Below are positions 11,597-25,000 of a DNA stretch of 64,000 bases, one piece after another. A program made the translations under genes and the position numbers. Where the stretch lies: positions 4,130,490 to 4,194,489 of the forward strand of contig OZ199840.1 of assembly GCA_964304625.1 (NCBI GenBank), written 5' to 3'. Source of the stretch: Kudoa neothunni. Its lineage: Eukaryota; Animalia; Cnidaria. A model generated the notes under the pieces. It was not told the origin of the DNA. It was given only the letters and a program-made list of their open reading frames with translations, and searched no databases. The first letter of the stretch is position 1; each line of letters starts with the position of its first letter.

Positions 11597-12809
11597 ATGG
11601 AAGCGTCCACCGAAAAGTCCAACAATATGTATTTGCGCTATTTAAGAGAGATGAAAAAGTATCCGACTTTTAAAATATAGAAATGCAACAGTGAGGAAAA
11701 AAATGATGGCAGGAAGCACCTCTGGCCTTTTGTGTATATTTTGGCTGCAACCATTAGATTTTTTGAAGACCCGATTTCAAGAGAACGCATTATATGAAAA
11801 GTATTTTTCAGATACACCGTCCGATTGAATGAGTTGTGGTTGTAAAGCAAAAGCGTAATTAAATATGCGAGAAGTGTTGCCAGAGAAAGAGGCATTTTAT
11901 ATTTGTGGTCTGGGGCATTGCCTGTATGTCGACAGAATGAGTTATTGTTATTAATGAGTTTATTTTAGGCTGCTATACGACTCGTACCTGGTGTTGGATT
12001 ATACTTTGGGATGCTTGAGGGTTTCACATTGATAGCAAAGTATTTGCTGGCAATTGGTTGATTCCAAGAAGTAATTTTTGTTGATGCAGGGAAAAATTAC
12101 ATGCGGAAATAAATCCAAATGCTAACTTGGTAATTGGAGGGTTGGCTCGATTTTTTGTCATGACCGCATTTCATCCTCTGACTCTTATAAAAACTCGGTT
12201 CGAAGTAAATGCTATGCATTGTAAATGAATTAAAAAGATTTAAGAGTAACAAATACAACTATCCGAGCATGTGGTGTGCTGTTAAGGCCATCACTAAAAA
12301 CGAAGGCCCCAGGGGATTTTATCAAGGCTACTTGGCTGCTGTTTTAAAGGATGTACCAGCGTCTGCAATTCATTATTCTCTTTTTAGATCTATCCAATCA
12401 AAAAAAAGTTTTTCCGATAGTAACCAAATGACGTTTTTGATTTTGTTATAGAATACAATCCAAAAATATTTATTAACGAAAAATATAACAACGTTCAATG
12501 GAATTTTTTTAGTGGTGCTTTTGCCGGCATAATTTCTACTGCAATAATTCAGCCAATTGACCTACTCAAAACTAGAATGCAAGTAATGTATCTCCTTGTA
12601 AATTATTTAGGCTAAACTACATTGTAAAGGTGGAAAAATATGAGTCTCTTTCCCCCAACAACACATCCAAAAAATCCTATCTTTCAATGATAAAAAATTT
12701 CAAAAATGAAAAAATATTCCATGCTCTAAAAAAAAGTTTCGTACTTAGCTTCATAAAGAAATCAGTCGGTTCCGGTGTATTGTGGGCCCTTTATGAATTT
12801 TTATCGTAG
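11597..12809 (+). CDS. SLC25A38: mitochondrial carrier, SLC25A38/Hem25 (glycine carrier)-like
   Basis: Spliced MEASTEK...AGSTSGLLCIFWLQPLDFLKTRFQ...IRLVPGVGLYF...HPLTLIKTRFE|SNKYNY.S...EGPRGFYQG..A.VLKDVPASAIHY...QPIDLLKTRMQ|...WALYEFLS*. Three PX[DE]XXKXR-type signatures; RxVPGVGxYF and KTRFES..Y.Y are SLC25A38-like. Confidence 0.8.
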
Positions 12810-15601
12810 ATTTTATCGTTTATATATTTATTGTTAGTGATTGTATATTGGTGTCATTTTTTTAACAGTACACATTAATTTTTAACTCATAGAAGAGTTA
12901 ATAAGTTCGCAAATTGGCTCATTACATCTCCATATGTTCCTATTTATTGCAGTAATGTTAAAATTTGTTAGGGATTGATTTTTTACCCCACATTCAACCA
13001 AGTCCCCTCATCGTGAATTTTTACGTGGAGGTAACACCAGCCTGTACCAAAGTTGCAATTATGACAACCAACCTAAAAATGAAATTATTACTCTAAAATT
13101 TCCACATTGTTAATTTATGTGACGTACCTATTATATTTGTTTATGAAAAATACACTTAAAAATTAAGATTTATTAATTTTTCAAATTAAATCATGCTGTT
13201 AAATTCCATCAAGATCTCATTAATCAAAAGGGGGCTCTACAACAGCATTTTTTGGTTTCCTTCTATTTTAATTGGTTTAGAAAAGATAAGTTAAACCAGC
13301 GCTTCCCCGTTTATTTTGGTTTCTTCATCCTCTACTACTTACTACTTATAAGCACAACTCCGCACCTCTTCCCAAAAAATACATCATAAAACTACATTAA
13401 AAAGAAACAAACAGTCTGCTTTGACGAAAAAAATGCAAATAAAAATAATACAGCTGATAATAAATTAAATGTTTTGACAATAACCAAATTGAAAGGAGGC
13501 TCGATATTATATAAAAAATGCATAAATCACAACGTATAAATGAGTTAGATATTTTGTGCCAATTTTCAATTTAAGTATTAAATTATTTATTAAAGATACG
13601 GACCAATCCTGAATTTAAAGTTTTGATTTATATAAATTTCAATGCAAATTTGTTGTAACTTGAAATATAAAATTTTAAAAACTTAATTTTGACACTAATA
13701 AAAGTGTTATCTTGTCTTATAGTTTTATTAAAAATATAAAATACTATTCTTAAGAATTTCACCAATTTTGATTCATTTTAATTTGGTTATCTTTATATTT
13801 AGAAATGAATATTTCATATTTTTTTATTATGGAATATTTTAGATTTTAAGAATTAATTTATGGATAAAAATAATTAAATTATAATTTCTGATTTACATAC
13901 TAATAAATAGGGATTAATAGACTGAAAACGTTAAGTAGTTTTTAGTATAATTCGTCAAATTATTCTTGTTTCAGCTTCGATTACGCACATATTATACTTT
14001 AGAGTGAGATTCCGTTTACATAGAATCAGTACATTACGTACGAAGCAATCTAGACCTTATCATTTTTTCGTTGGCTCAAGGTATGAATTTCGGACCCACA
14101 GTAATTGTTTCCCTGACCCCGAATTAAATGTTAATTATATATTTTTAAATAAAAAATTACAGTTATATTGAGCTATTAAATCCCATTTTTCGTTGAAATA
14201 ATCTTGTGTATTATAAATTTTACCCCCAAATATGAATACTAAGTGAATTTCAGATAAATCTAGGGGATATCAAATAAACCAACGATATAATTTTAGAAAA
14301 TCAATTTTTTGGGATAAACAATAATTTTTATTTCCTAAATCAGAGTGGGCAAACTTTTTTATCCGCGATACACATGGAGACAATATGTAAATACAAAGGG
14401 CTAATAACTTCGAAAATAGCCTCTTATACTAACACAAGAATGCAAACAGAACAATAATTTTTTTTAACTCAATTCATCTAAAATCGAATAGGTGACATAC
14501 CTTGAGAAAATTTTTTTTACGCAATGAGAATAAAATACATAATGAATATCGAGTAATATAAAATTTTGTCCGGATTCGTAACAAATCATCCCAATAATCT
14601 TTTTGTCCACCCTGATATAGTAGATAAAAATTAACTAACTACGTTTAATATTATGTCGTGTAAAAAGTTTGCAAAACCTTACGTGATCAATTTTTCATGC
14701 CTTTTCAAGGCTTGAGTGGGATGGGTAAAATCAGTTACATATCTCATTAAGAATTTTTAATTATTATTGTATTTTTTTATCTATTTAAAGACCGCTACCA
14801 ATCACAATAATTTCTAGAAATGATGGTATTGATAATTTTTATTTTTCTCTTAACATAAATTACAATAAAAAACAAAATTCATGTAATGAAATACACAATT
14901 ATTAAAATTGCAGATTCATAACTAGTCCAACTAGAAAAAAATACAATGTGTGACCTGATATTCGTACTGACGACTCGCTGGTACTTTTAACAAAAATAAG
15001 ATTTATGCTTCATTAATTTTGTCATAAAGAAATATAATATTATTTTTTAATTTTAATTAATGTGGACTATTTTGTACATATTTTTCGTACATTTCTGCCG
15101 AGAATTTTCTTACTAATTAACCAATTTTTCGTAATTACAGAAATATATAAGAAAAATATTAAATAATAATGTATTTTGTTTTTTTGTCATAGAGTGACGC
15201 CATCACCATTACTGTTCACCACTTTAAGTTATCCATTATTTCAGCGTCGCACGGCATCCTAATTAGAAAAAAGGAAATTATTTTTTATTCAATATTGGAT
15301 TGTATTCTAAAAATGGAAAAAAATAGGAAATTATTAACTATTAAAACTACAATAATACAAGTTTTACCAATAACGTGAGTTGTTATATTTATTTTATTAT
15401 AAAGTATTATACATGCGCACGCAACAAAGTACGAAAAATTGGCCACCTACTGTACTGTATAGGAGTTGACAGTTATAATTTAATTAACTACAAAATAAAA
15501 TGCTTCAATATTCTTAGAAAAAATTAAATACACCATAAAATGGATATTAGTGTTTTTTATTTTCGAACAACATCGAAAATATCATAAACATTATTGAACT
15601 T

Positions 15602-15613
15602 TGCGCAAGCGCA
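15602..15613. promoter_or_regulatory. NRF1/Ewg-like palindrome upstream of PSMD13
   Basis: TGCGCAAGCGCA (11/12 match to TGCGCATGCGCA) ends 14 bp before ATG 15628; a second partial copy CATGCGCACGCA lies at 15412. Confidence 0.5.
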
Positions 15614-15627
15614 GAACACAGCACAAA

Positions 15628-17755
15628 ATGCCTATAGCTACGGGAAGTCTCAATTGTTATGGACTAGATTATTTTGATAAAGTTTTGAGTCTCAATGAAA
15701 ACACAGAAATATATAATCGAATAAGAGAATTGTATTCGAAAAAGTAACTACCATAAACATACTATAGCTACTTTTGGGACAAGTTCAACTAGAATTGTTT
15801 ATAATGATGAAATTTAGACAAAACTATGAGTTGGGTATAATGCTAGAGGAGATATCACGAGAAAAGCTTGAAGTGCCAATAAATTTTTTAGATGTAAATT
15901 TATTACGATTATCAGCTGAATGATATTTTGCTCTAGTTGTACAAGAGTAACATTCAAAACTTTACAAGCACGTAACATTTAGATTCGATTTGATTATTGT
16001 ATAATATAATACTGTTGACTTGCTAGATTTGATCCGGTGGTTCGAGCTAAAATACTTTTCAACATTGCACATTATCATGAAAGTAATTTCAAGTTTATCA
16101 CAATCTATTTTAGCCAACCTATTAGATGGTCAAGAAGTGATTGATCTTCTACAAAATATCGATGAAAATGTATCATTCTACGTGAACCTTATTATAATTA
16201 AATTTGATGGGTAGTTTGCAGCCAATTCGGTGGCTCATATTATAGCCAAGCTATCTTATGTTATTTTCCATCTACGATTCAATCAGCTAATTGATGCGAA
16301 AGTGTGTTTTGTGGCTCGAACGTTGTTGAATTTTTATAGAATTGTCTTATCGATGTGAAAGAAATGGTCTCCAATTTGCGCAATGTTACCGCTGCTCACG
16401 CTTACTATTATAAAATGAAATCGTTGTATTTCGAGGTAAAATTTGAGATTTTTAACTTAACCTATCTAATTTTTTAGCGAGCATGTGATGCTGATAAATA
16501 TTACAGAGTTACGCTCAAATATTTGGGATGTATAAAGTTGGATTCTTTAAAACGTGAGTAGCATTCATTAGGAATGCGCCATTTTTTGTTAAATTTAAAA
16601 AATATGTAGTAGATTGTTATCTATAGAGTATTGCATTAGCAAATAATAATAAATCTTTAACTATTCGTATATATGCGCGCCTTTTTATCACAATTCAAAC
16701 TTTTGTTGATGGACAAATTGCAAAGTTACATTTTATGAATCCAATTTTATCAGTTGTTTTTTAAGATCTATCTTTAATTATACAAAAAATAAATGACTTC
16801 GACTAAAATTGGATTAAGAGGAATAAATTCACCTTGTTAATAATTTATTTAAAAAATTATTGAATGAAAAAACACCGTATAATAGATAGATACTCTATGG
16901 ATTGTAAGGTTTGAATTAAAATTCGAGATAATACTTAATTTTTTTATTTGTATTATTCAAATAGTTATATGTTAATGTTCTTCTCGAATCAATTTTTAAT
17001 ACAATTGTAAATGGTTGTAGAGGAAGAAAAACAATCACTAGCGTACAATCTTGCTATAGCAGCCATTATCTCTACTCAAAGCTACAGTCTTATTGAGCTG
17101 GTGAGTGATTTGCTTATGTTTCGTTAAATATATCCTCGTTTCGTCAGGCCAACCATCCAATAATGCAGTCCCTTTCGTCAACTAACAGTGAAATGCTATG
17201 TACTCTTTTGAAAAGTCTTGGCAAATATGATTTGGTTCTTTTCAACTCTTGTAGGGAATTTATTCGATCAGTTGTAAGTTTTGTTTGCTCGAAACAATTC
17301 GTCAGTCTGGTTTTTATACGTACACGATTTAGCCTAATTTGGAGTTGAACTACGATAAAATTGTGCTAAAACTAAAAATTATCGGATTGGCTGAAATGTG
17401 TTCATGTGCCGAGGTTATGAAAGGTGCACCGGTGGCATTCGTCTCTATATCCAAGAATTTACAGATACCTCTTGAAGATGTAATTGTTTGCTAATAGATT
17501 TATTTGGAATCGGTTAAAATTGTGCCATTTTAGGTTGAAAAATTTTTGATGAAAGTTTTTTCTTTGAATTATCTTCGAGGTAAAATCGACGAAAAGTCAG
17601 CCCAAGTCTATATCACCTACATTCAACCTAAATGCCTTGATATTGATCAAATTGTAAATTTGAGGGATACATTATCCCATTGGGTGGAATACAGTCGGCT
17701 TGCTTCCGCTCACCTTATTCCTCTGAAACAATATCTCCAACGCGAAACCTCCTAG
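15628..17755 (+). CDS. PSMD13: 26S proteasome lid subunit Rpn9/PSMD13
   Basis: Multi-exon reading ...IRELYSKK|QNYEL...|LYKSNIQNF...YYRVTLKYLGCIKL...EEKQSLAYNLAIAA...YSLIEL|ANHPIMQSL...MKVFSLNYLRGKIDE...VYITYIQPKCLD...W. PCI-domain C-terminus; all junctions checked are GT-AG, with one longer intron at 16554-17020. Confidence 0.88.
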
Positions 17756-18063
17756 ATATTTTCTTTGAATCCAAATCACATTTTATGAATATCTCTAGAG
17801 TACTTGGACGTCTGACTATCATCAGCTGTTGTTATAACAACTCTCCTTTTGAGTATCTGAGCTAATAATTAACAACTGTTGTTTTGTGTGTTCTATGTTT
17901 CATGCGTGAGAGTAATAATTGTGACAAATAATTGTTGAATTTTGATAAATAGGGAATTAGTAAAAATGAGAATAAAAAATTATTTCACAATCATTTTTCA
18001 TTGATTTATCTGATTAATGCAATCAGAGTTTGAAGTAATCAGCTGATGAAATATTTTGTCATA

Positions 18064-19813
18064 CAGTAGTGTATGTGTATAACGCGGAAATTGGGAGGAT
18101 GAGAACCACTGCGTTGCATCCATTTTTGCGCTAGACACATTAGGACTGCCAGCGGAGTTTTGAAAAAACCCAAGGTCGGGAAAACCACAATTTTTAAGTG
18201 TAACAAAAAAGATAATCGTATCTATTAAATTTTGTAATATTCTGATTCTATAATTACGTCATTAGATATTAAATTTATCATCGTATTATTACAATTTTTT
18301 GGTGCGAACACTTACTCATGCTTAATGTATAGTATAGAGTCTATAGACAAGCTTAAAGTAACGGGAAATACATCCTGAAATTAGATAAGTTCTTTTTGGA
18401 TCAAGGGTCTGCAATCCGCGGTGAAGTTCTATAATATGCTAAGATTCATCATTTACTCAATTAAATGTTACATCTTAAATTTTTAAACCTACGATTATAA
18501 GATAATATATTTACTTGGTATACATGTGTTTTCATTAAATATGAAACATATTTTTGTCTGGAGATGCAAAAAATCATTAAAATTAGCCGATAATAATTTT
18601 TTTAAATGTAATGTTTTAAACTTTAGAGGAATTCCGAAATTTACAGATGGCTTAGGTTTGTCTACCCAAGACTGGATTCAAATTAGTCGGATTTGAGGTC
18701 CACGCGGACCCCACTCCGGACAGGGAGAGTTAATTTGAAGAAAAAATTAACCTGCATATTTTTTCGTATTAAAATACCCTTCTATATATTTTGTTATGAA
18801 ATAATTGTTCAAATATTGAGTCAGCCATTTCAAATTCAGTTTATATCGTCAAACATTGACTAAATTTTATCTAGAAAGAGTTTTCTAACATTGCCAATCA
18901 CTATAGTTTCTCTTGGTTTGACATAATAACTTTATCAATATAATCAGATTTGTCACCATCCCTGTCAAAATCGGGAGAATCTGGTATTGTCAGAATTTCA
19001 GAGGTGTCGACTGTGTTGTTTTCAAGACTTTATTTCAATAGGATTTGTTAACTCTAGTGATTTCTCCTATTAAATCAGCTCAATTATGTCGATTAAATTG
19101 ATCATCATCAGGAACCATCATTTAATGGATTTTCAGAGAGGCCAAATGATTTCCTAAAGCAGGTAACTATGGTTTCCGTTTTAATATATTCTCATAATTT
19201 GATTGTCAAATAAATAACATCTAAGACATTAGTTACAATGTAGCCACTATCTTCAAATTAGAAATAATGTGTGAATGACGTAATTAGATTTCTTTTGTGC
19301 ATCATTTTAAAACTTTGACAATTCCATGATCCAGTGGCAGTAGTACATTGGTTGTGTTCGAAAAAAGTAGCAGTGTTACATTAGACAAATATTTTTGTTG
19401 TGGGCATAGAAATAGTCGATAAATAATAAACTTTCATCTCATAGAAATAATAAGTGGCCTATTCTATTTTTCAAGAAAAGACACAAGAATGGAACTTGGA
19501 ATCTTTATTATATGATATGAACTCGTAAAGCCTTATAATTTAGAGTTTTTTGGTAGTGTAAAGTGGTTTTGTTTCGCTAAAATTGACGCTCCATCCATTA
19601 TTTTTTGCAAAGTTCAGATTATGCTCTGCGCTAGAGCCATTTTTGCGTTAGTTCCATACAGTAACTTTTCAACACTAATATCTTTCTAAAAACCAATTAT
19701 ATATTGACGAATGATCTAGTTTGTACTGAGCTATCTATTTAAATTCGAATTATAACAAAATAAGTAGTAAACAAGTAAATTTTTAAAAATTGCGTACGAC
19801 CCATACACTACTG
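18064..19813 (-). mobile_element. decayed Tigger/pogo element
   Basis: TA|CAGTAGTGTATG TIRs at both ends; minus-strand remnant NVTLLLFSNTTNVLLPLDHGIVKVLK and ETIVTCFRKS (pogo DDE region); contains an orphan piggyBac end at 18695-18733. Confidence 0.75.
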
Positions 19814-19899
19814 TAATGTTGTTTTCTCGGAATACTTAGTAATATATTTCCGAATCCAGTCGTTTAATGTGCAAAAAAAGCATTAGGAAAAATTTCCAT

Positions 19900-20470
19900 T
19901 AAATTCTGCTTATTCCTTGTTGGCCAATGTATTTGGAGACGAATTCAAAAGGAAGGATTCGCAAATCGTTATTCTGAGGATGCTGACTTTAAGATGTACA
20001 TTAAATGTTTCCTTTCACTAACATTTGTTCCTAAAGACTCTCAACATATTGAATTTCAAAAACTGAAGAATAAGGTAAGTCAATTATCCGATGTTTATTT
20101 GGACTCATTCATTAACTTTTTTGAGAAGAAATTCGTTAAATCACTAAAATACCCCTTAGAAAATTGGAATGCTTATGATCGCATTAAGGACAGGACTAAT
20201 TTAAATTTAAATTTCAATTCAGCTGCAACATTTAATTGCCATTTTCATAAAAGATTTGATCTATCTCACGTTGGGGTGCATTCATTTATTATGAGATTAA
20301 GAGACCCAAAGCAACACCGAACAAGAAATTCAGTTCCATATGTGAAATCCTAACATGGTCTCTTCAGAAAAAGATCAAATGGAGAAACTGAAAGATATAT
20401 GCTCCAATTACGAAAAATATTATGAAACTAATTATTTAGAAGTGATTAACACAACGAATAATTGGACCTG
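19900..20470 (+). pseudogene. Mutator (MULE) transposase remnant
   Basis: C..-..GQCIWRRIQK near 19910, then LTFVP...F..LK...FINFFEKKFV...YPLENWNAYDRI, typical of the MULE region after the CxxH motif; frameshifted and truncated. Confidence 0.7.
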
Positions 20471-21981
20471 AGAACAACAAATATATTATTAATTTATTTT
20501 TGTTACAAAATAAATGTTCACAGACGTTTTAGATAGGAGGCCAATTATAGAGTTAACTTTTACCCCCGCGTCCTGCGCAATTTCGCCGTACGATTTTTTT
20601 GATCAAAAATTATTTCGAATTCATATGAATACACATAAAAATATGTAATTTTTGTTTCTACAAACTTAAAGTCATACTTCATTATAACAGTTATGAATAA
20701 ATAGGCGATTCGGTCGAAAAAATCATTACCATTTAAATTTTCGTAGTGTCAAAATCGATGGGAAACCACTGTTTTCTATAATACTGTCGAAGATTCCTAT
20801 ACGCCTTTGAATATTTATAAAAAATTCCTTGGTTCCACGCGCTCAGGATTAAAATTTATGTAAAATTTTAGCAGCTAAACTTGTGGAAAGAAACTTTTTA
20901 ATGAATAATGAAGAGATAAATTCAGACTTTTACAACAATTATCTAATATGATAATAAAAATATCGGCCAGATCTTAGAATGAAGGACAAAAAATGAGAAT
21001 TATTTTTTTTCAATTCCCAGACCAAATTTTTGATATAAAACTTATATTTATCTATCAATTGATTCTCATACCAAATTTAGTCGAATTAATACATTTGTTT
21101 TTATCGATTTAATTTCAAATTAAATTTAGCCAAATTTATATATTTTTTTGTTCTTATTATTAAATGTAATTTTATTAATATTATGAGACACAATAATTTG
21201 ATATATCATGTTTTTACCTACTATATCAGTTAAAATAGTTACACTCATAATATTTAAATATATTGTTTAGTTTCTAGTGGATTAGAGGCTAAAATAAACC
21301 ATCGTAAATTTTTACAAGAAATCGTAACAAATATTTTCATGTTTCGTCCCATAAATCAAGTTTAAATTGACATAATAACAGATTATTATTTTTGGAAAAA
21401 GTATAATTAAAAATAGGTGTATGATACTTTTCGTTCAAAACAGGAAAGTGAAAAGTCGACTTACAGGCGCTGGGAAGATTAAACTAATAAAATTTAATCG
21501 TCTCTCTGTATTATTTTATTCAAGCAGCCGAAATTTTAATTTCGACCATTTGTTAAATTCATTTATAATCTAGAATGAGAAATATTCAGTCTGAAGGGAT
21601 TTCATAAAAAGGACACATTTATTGGAGAAAAACCGGATATATTTCCATTATCTAGTTATTAATCGTGGGATTAATTTCGCATTTTTAATGTAACCTTTGA
21701 TATCAATCTATTTACGACATCGCGAATAGTTAATCCTATTTCAACAATAGATTAATAGGATAAATAGCTTTCAACTCCCCAATAACTGAATAATTTTTTT
21801 TTGATTTTTGTCAAATAATTATTTTAGTGACTCTCTATAGTAACTTTTGTATATAATAATGTGCTCCATAATTTTCCGTATAAATTTAAATGAGATGTTT
21901 TCTGGGATATAAGCGACTAGATGCTTATTGGCTTGGGCAATAAATTTTATAATCTATAAGAAAGGGCATTAAATATGCACA

Positions 21982-21993
21982 CGCATGCGCGCA
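21982..21993. promoter_or_regulatory. NRF1/Ewg-like motif upstream of TBC1D15/17
   Basis: CGCATGCGCGCA ending 15 bp before ATG 22009. Confidence 0.5.
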
Positions 21994-22008
21994 ATGTTGT
22001 GTAATTAA

Positions 22009-25000
22009 ATGTTTTCGGGGTTGGAGTCTTCTTCTAATAATTCCAAGCAGTTTGATCAGGGCCAGGTTAATTATAATCACATGAATTAAAATATATAAAA
22101 TGAACTAAAGGAGCTGTGGAATGATTCGAATGTAGTTATATATTCGAATAAATCTAGTAAAAATTGTGAGGGCGAAATGATACCAGGGAGAGCTGCTGTA
22201 TATAAAAGAGTAATATATGCATTATACATATAGAATTGTAAATATTAAAATTCAATTTTTTGTAGAATGATCGTTTATATTTTTCGTGGAAAGTGGATCC
22301 TGCTAGTGACGCCGTTTTTAAATTTAAGACTGTGGATATTGATGATTGGAGTGTTGTTGATGAGGTAACACTAACAACTAATAATTTACCCGCTAACAAT
22401 TCATTGGCATCAAAAAATGATAATAAACGTAGAACACACATACACATTTTTTAATATGTGTAAAACAATTCAACTTTAGAAGGTGATATATGGATCGACT
22501 TGGCTGACGAACTGAAAAAACTTTGTGTTAATTTCGGTTCGGCTAAAAAAAGTTTTACCAAAAACAGCCCTCAATACCCTTGTTTGATAGTCACAGTTAA
22601 AAAAATTACCAGTGTTACCGATAATTGGAATGATGCAGTGGACACAATACTACCTCGGTTCTATTTTCATAATGGCATGGAGAAATTGAATCTGTTGATA
22701 AAATTGTTGAATCGATATTTTTGGATTCAAAAGTAATTACATTGGATATCCTGAGATAAAGTTTACTGCTTTATTAAGTCATCTTACCTTAATATAATAA
22801 TCTTATATTATTAAAACTGGTTGAAATGGTTTTAATTTCGTAATAAAAAAAGTTAATCAAAATAATTGTATATATAAAATGTACGGGCATGTACATATAC
22901 TTATTGTTTGTTGTGAAATCTTTTGGAGATTAATTGGATTATTGAAATTTCCTAGGTTAATTTTAAGAAAAATTCATCAATGCAATGTATGATAATGTGA
23001 AAATTAGTCAGTTATCGGTTATTTTAACAGCTCACTTTCATTCGGTTATGCGCCTAATGTAGAATTTTTTGGTCGGTATTAATAAACAATAGTAGTTATT
23101 GAGTTCAGAAATAGGGGAGTTCTTTTTTGTCATAATGGGATTAATTTGAAATAATCTCTATTGGCGTTATGTTGGCTGTAATACACTTGTCACATTCACT
23201 GATGGGGTACTCCAGGGATCACCAAAGTTTTTAAGTGGCGGACCGAATTTTTGAGTTTCTTAAGCTTTGAGGGCCGGATTAAAATTTTTTTTCCGAAAAG
23301 CAGTTATATAAATTTAAAATAATAATGAATGTGAATGTGAAACAGCAAACTGATTCCTGTGGCAGGATCTAGTATGTTCCAATTTTGAAGCCCACAATGA
23401 GATTACAAACTATCCACTGTGTATTGTATAATTCAAAAAAATCGCCAGGTTGGTTATATTTATGGTTGTGATTAAGAATTACAATTATTTTCGAGCATAA
23501 AATTCAAAGTTTATTTATTTGATCATCGTGAAAGGTTGCGTAGATGCTAATAAGGTGTTAATTTATGGAGTGTAAGTTTTTTTTATTATTTCTTTATTGA
23601 CCACGATTTGGAGATAAATACATAATTTTGTAAAATATTGTATATGATGTTAGAAAATATCCAAGGAACGGGGATTATAGCCAAATCATTCTAAATTTCT
23701 AGTATCAAATCAATTAAACTCAACCAGATTAAAAATTAGAGCTGACAAATTTATTTTATAGGTTTAAATAATTAAGAATTTTAAACTATTAGAAGCATAG
23801 GAATCGAATAAACCTTGACACATGAATGTTATCGATTCTTACGTTTTACAGTCAGAATCTTGCTATATTCGTGTATTCGTGAGTCAATTTTCTCTCTTGT
23901 TTCAATTTAGATAAAATAAAAACTTTTAATGAATTATATGAGGATTTCTAATTAACACTCATCTGTTAAAGTAATGTATCGATTGTCCTCAAGTAAGTCA
24001 ACACAATTTCACTTGCGCAAAGCGCATTCGGGCGTTAAGGGGGGCACCGCGGTCCGTACTTTGGTGAATCCTGGGTATTTTAATGCAGAGTTTCCCGACG
24101 TGGGACGTGAAAATTTTGTTGTGGGGAACGGAAATTTTTAAACGTTTAATGAATCGCTCTGGCGTGACGCAGAATATCCTGAGTATTGGTATGAAACAGA
24201 TAATGATGATATAATTGGGCAGTAGGACGTATTTTGAAATCAATCTCGCTAACTTTTAAGCGATGATCAACATCAGAAAATTTTTTGAGAAAGGTGGGGC
24301 GTGATACAAAAAAGGTTGGGAAACATTGCACTAATGATTTGGCTCAGCAACCTTTTAAAAGCAATTATTTGGTCGACCCCCAGATCCGACTTATTGATTA
24401 TCTAATTAGAAAGTAATAACTCCAAATTTGTGCAAAACAAGTGTTTACACTTAAGATATGTATAGAGGCGGACAATAATAGTGAGAAAAAAAGAGAGCGC
24501 GAATATAGGTAAGGAATAAGTTACGCGGCGACCACATGACTCTATACAAAATCGATAAAGTAGGCAACCGATAATACGCGTTAAATTTGTCACGCGTTTA
24601 TGGTGGGGGGTTATGTTTTCCTTATTTTTAAGCATGGGTATTATACCTTTTATTTAAATGGAATAACAAAAAACTTGAAATACCCCTGCCGTTATTGACT
24701 GGGGTATTTCAAGACCCAAAATTGACTATTTTGTTTCTAAATTGATGTATTTTTGGTTATTTACTTTGAAAATTCTCGTGTTCTTATATTAAATGCATTT
24801 CTGTCCGAAAATAAAATTTATAATTTATCGGCTAAAGATTTATGCATAAAATAAGACATAGTTTTTCAAATTTTATTTAATATTTGTTGTATTATTGTCT
24901 AAACCTCATATATTTATTATAAATATGATTTTCTCTCATCGAAATCAAAACCTAAATCGTGAAAAACAACATTTATTTTTCAATATAATCCAATTAATTA

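Noticed and set aside
22500-22736. Stand-alone small ORF
   Set aside because: It is an internal exon of the TBC1D15/17 gene.
24000-24150. GC-rich patch with GGGAAACTCTGCAT resembling U1 snRNA or RNase P RNA
   Set aside because: No ATACTTACC 5' end, Sm site or P4 partner strand found; not supportable without a covariance search.
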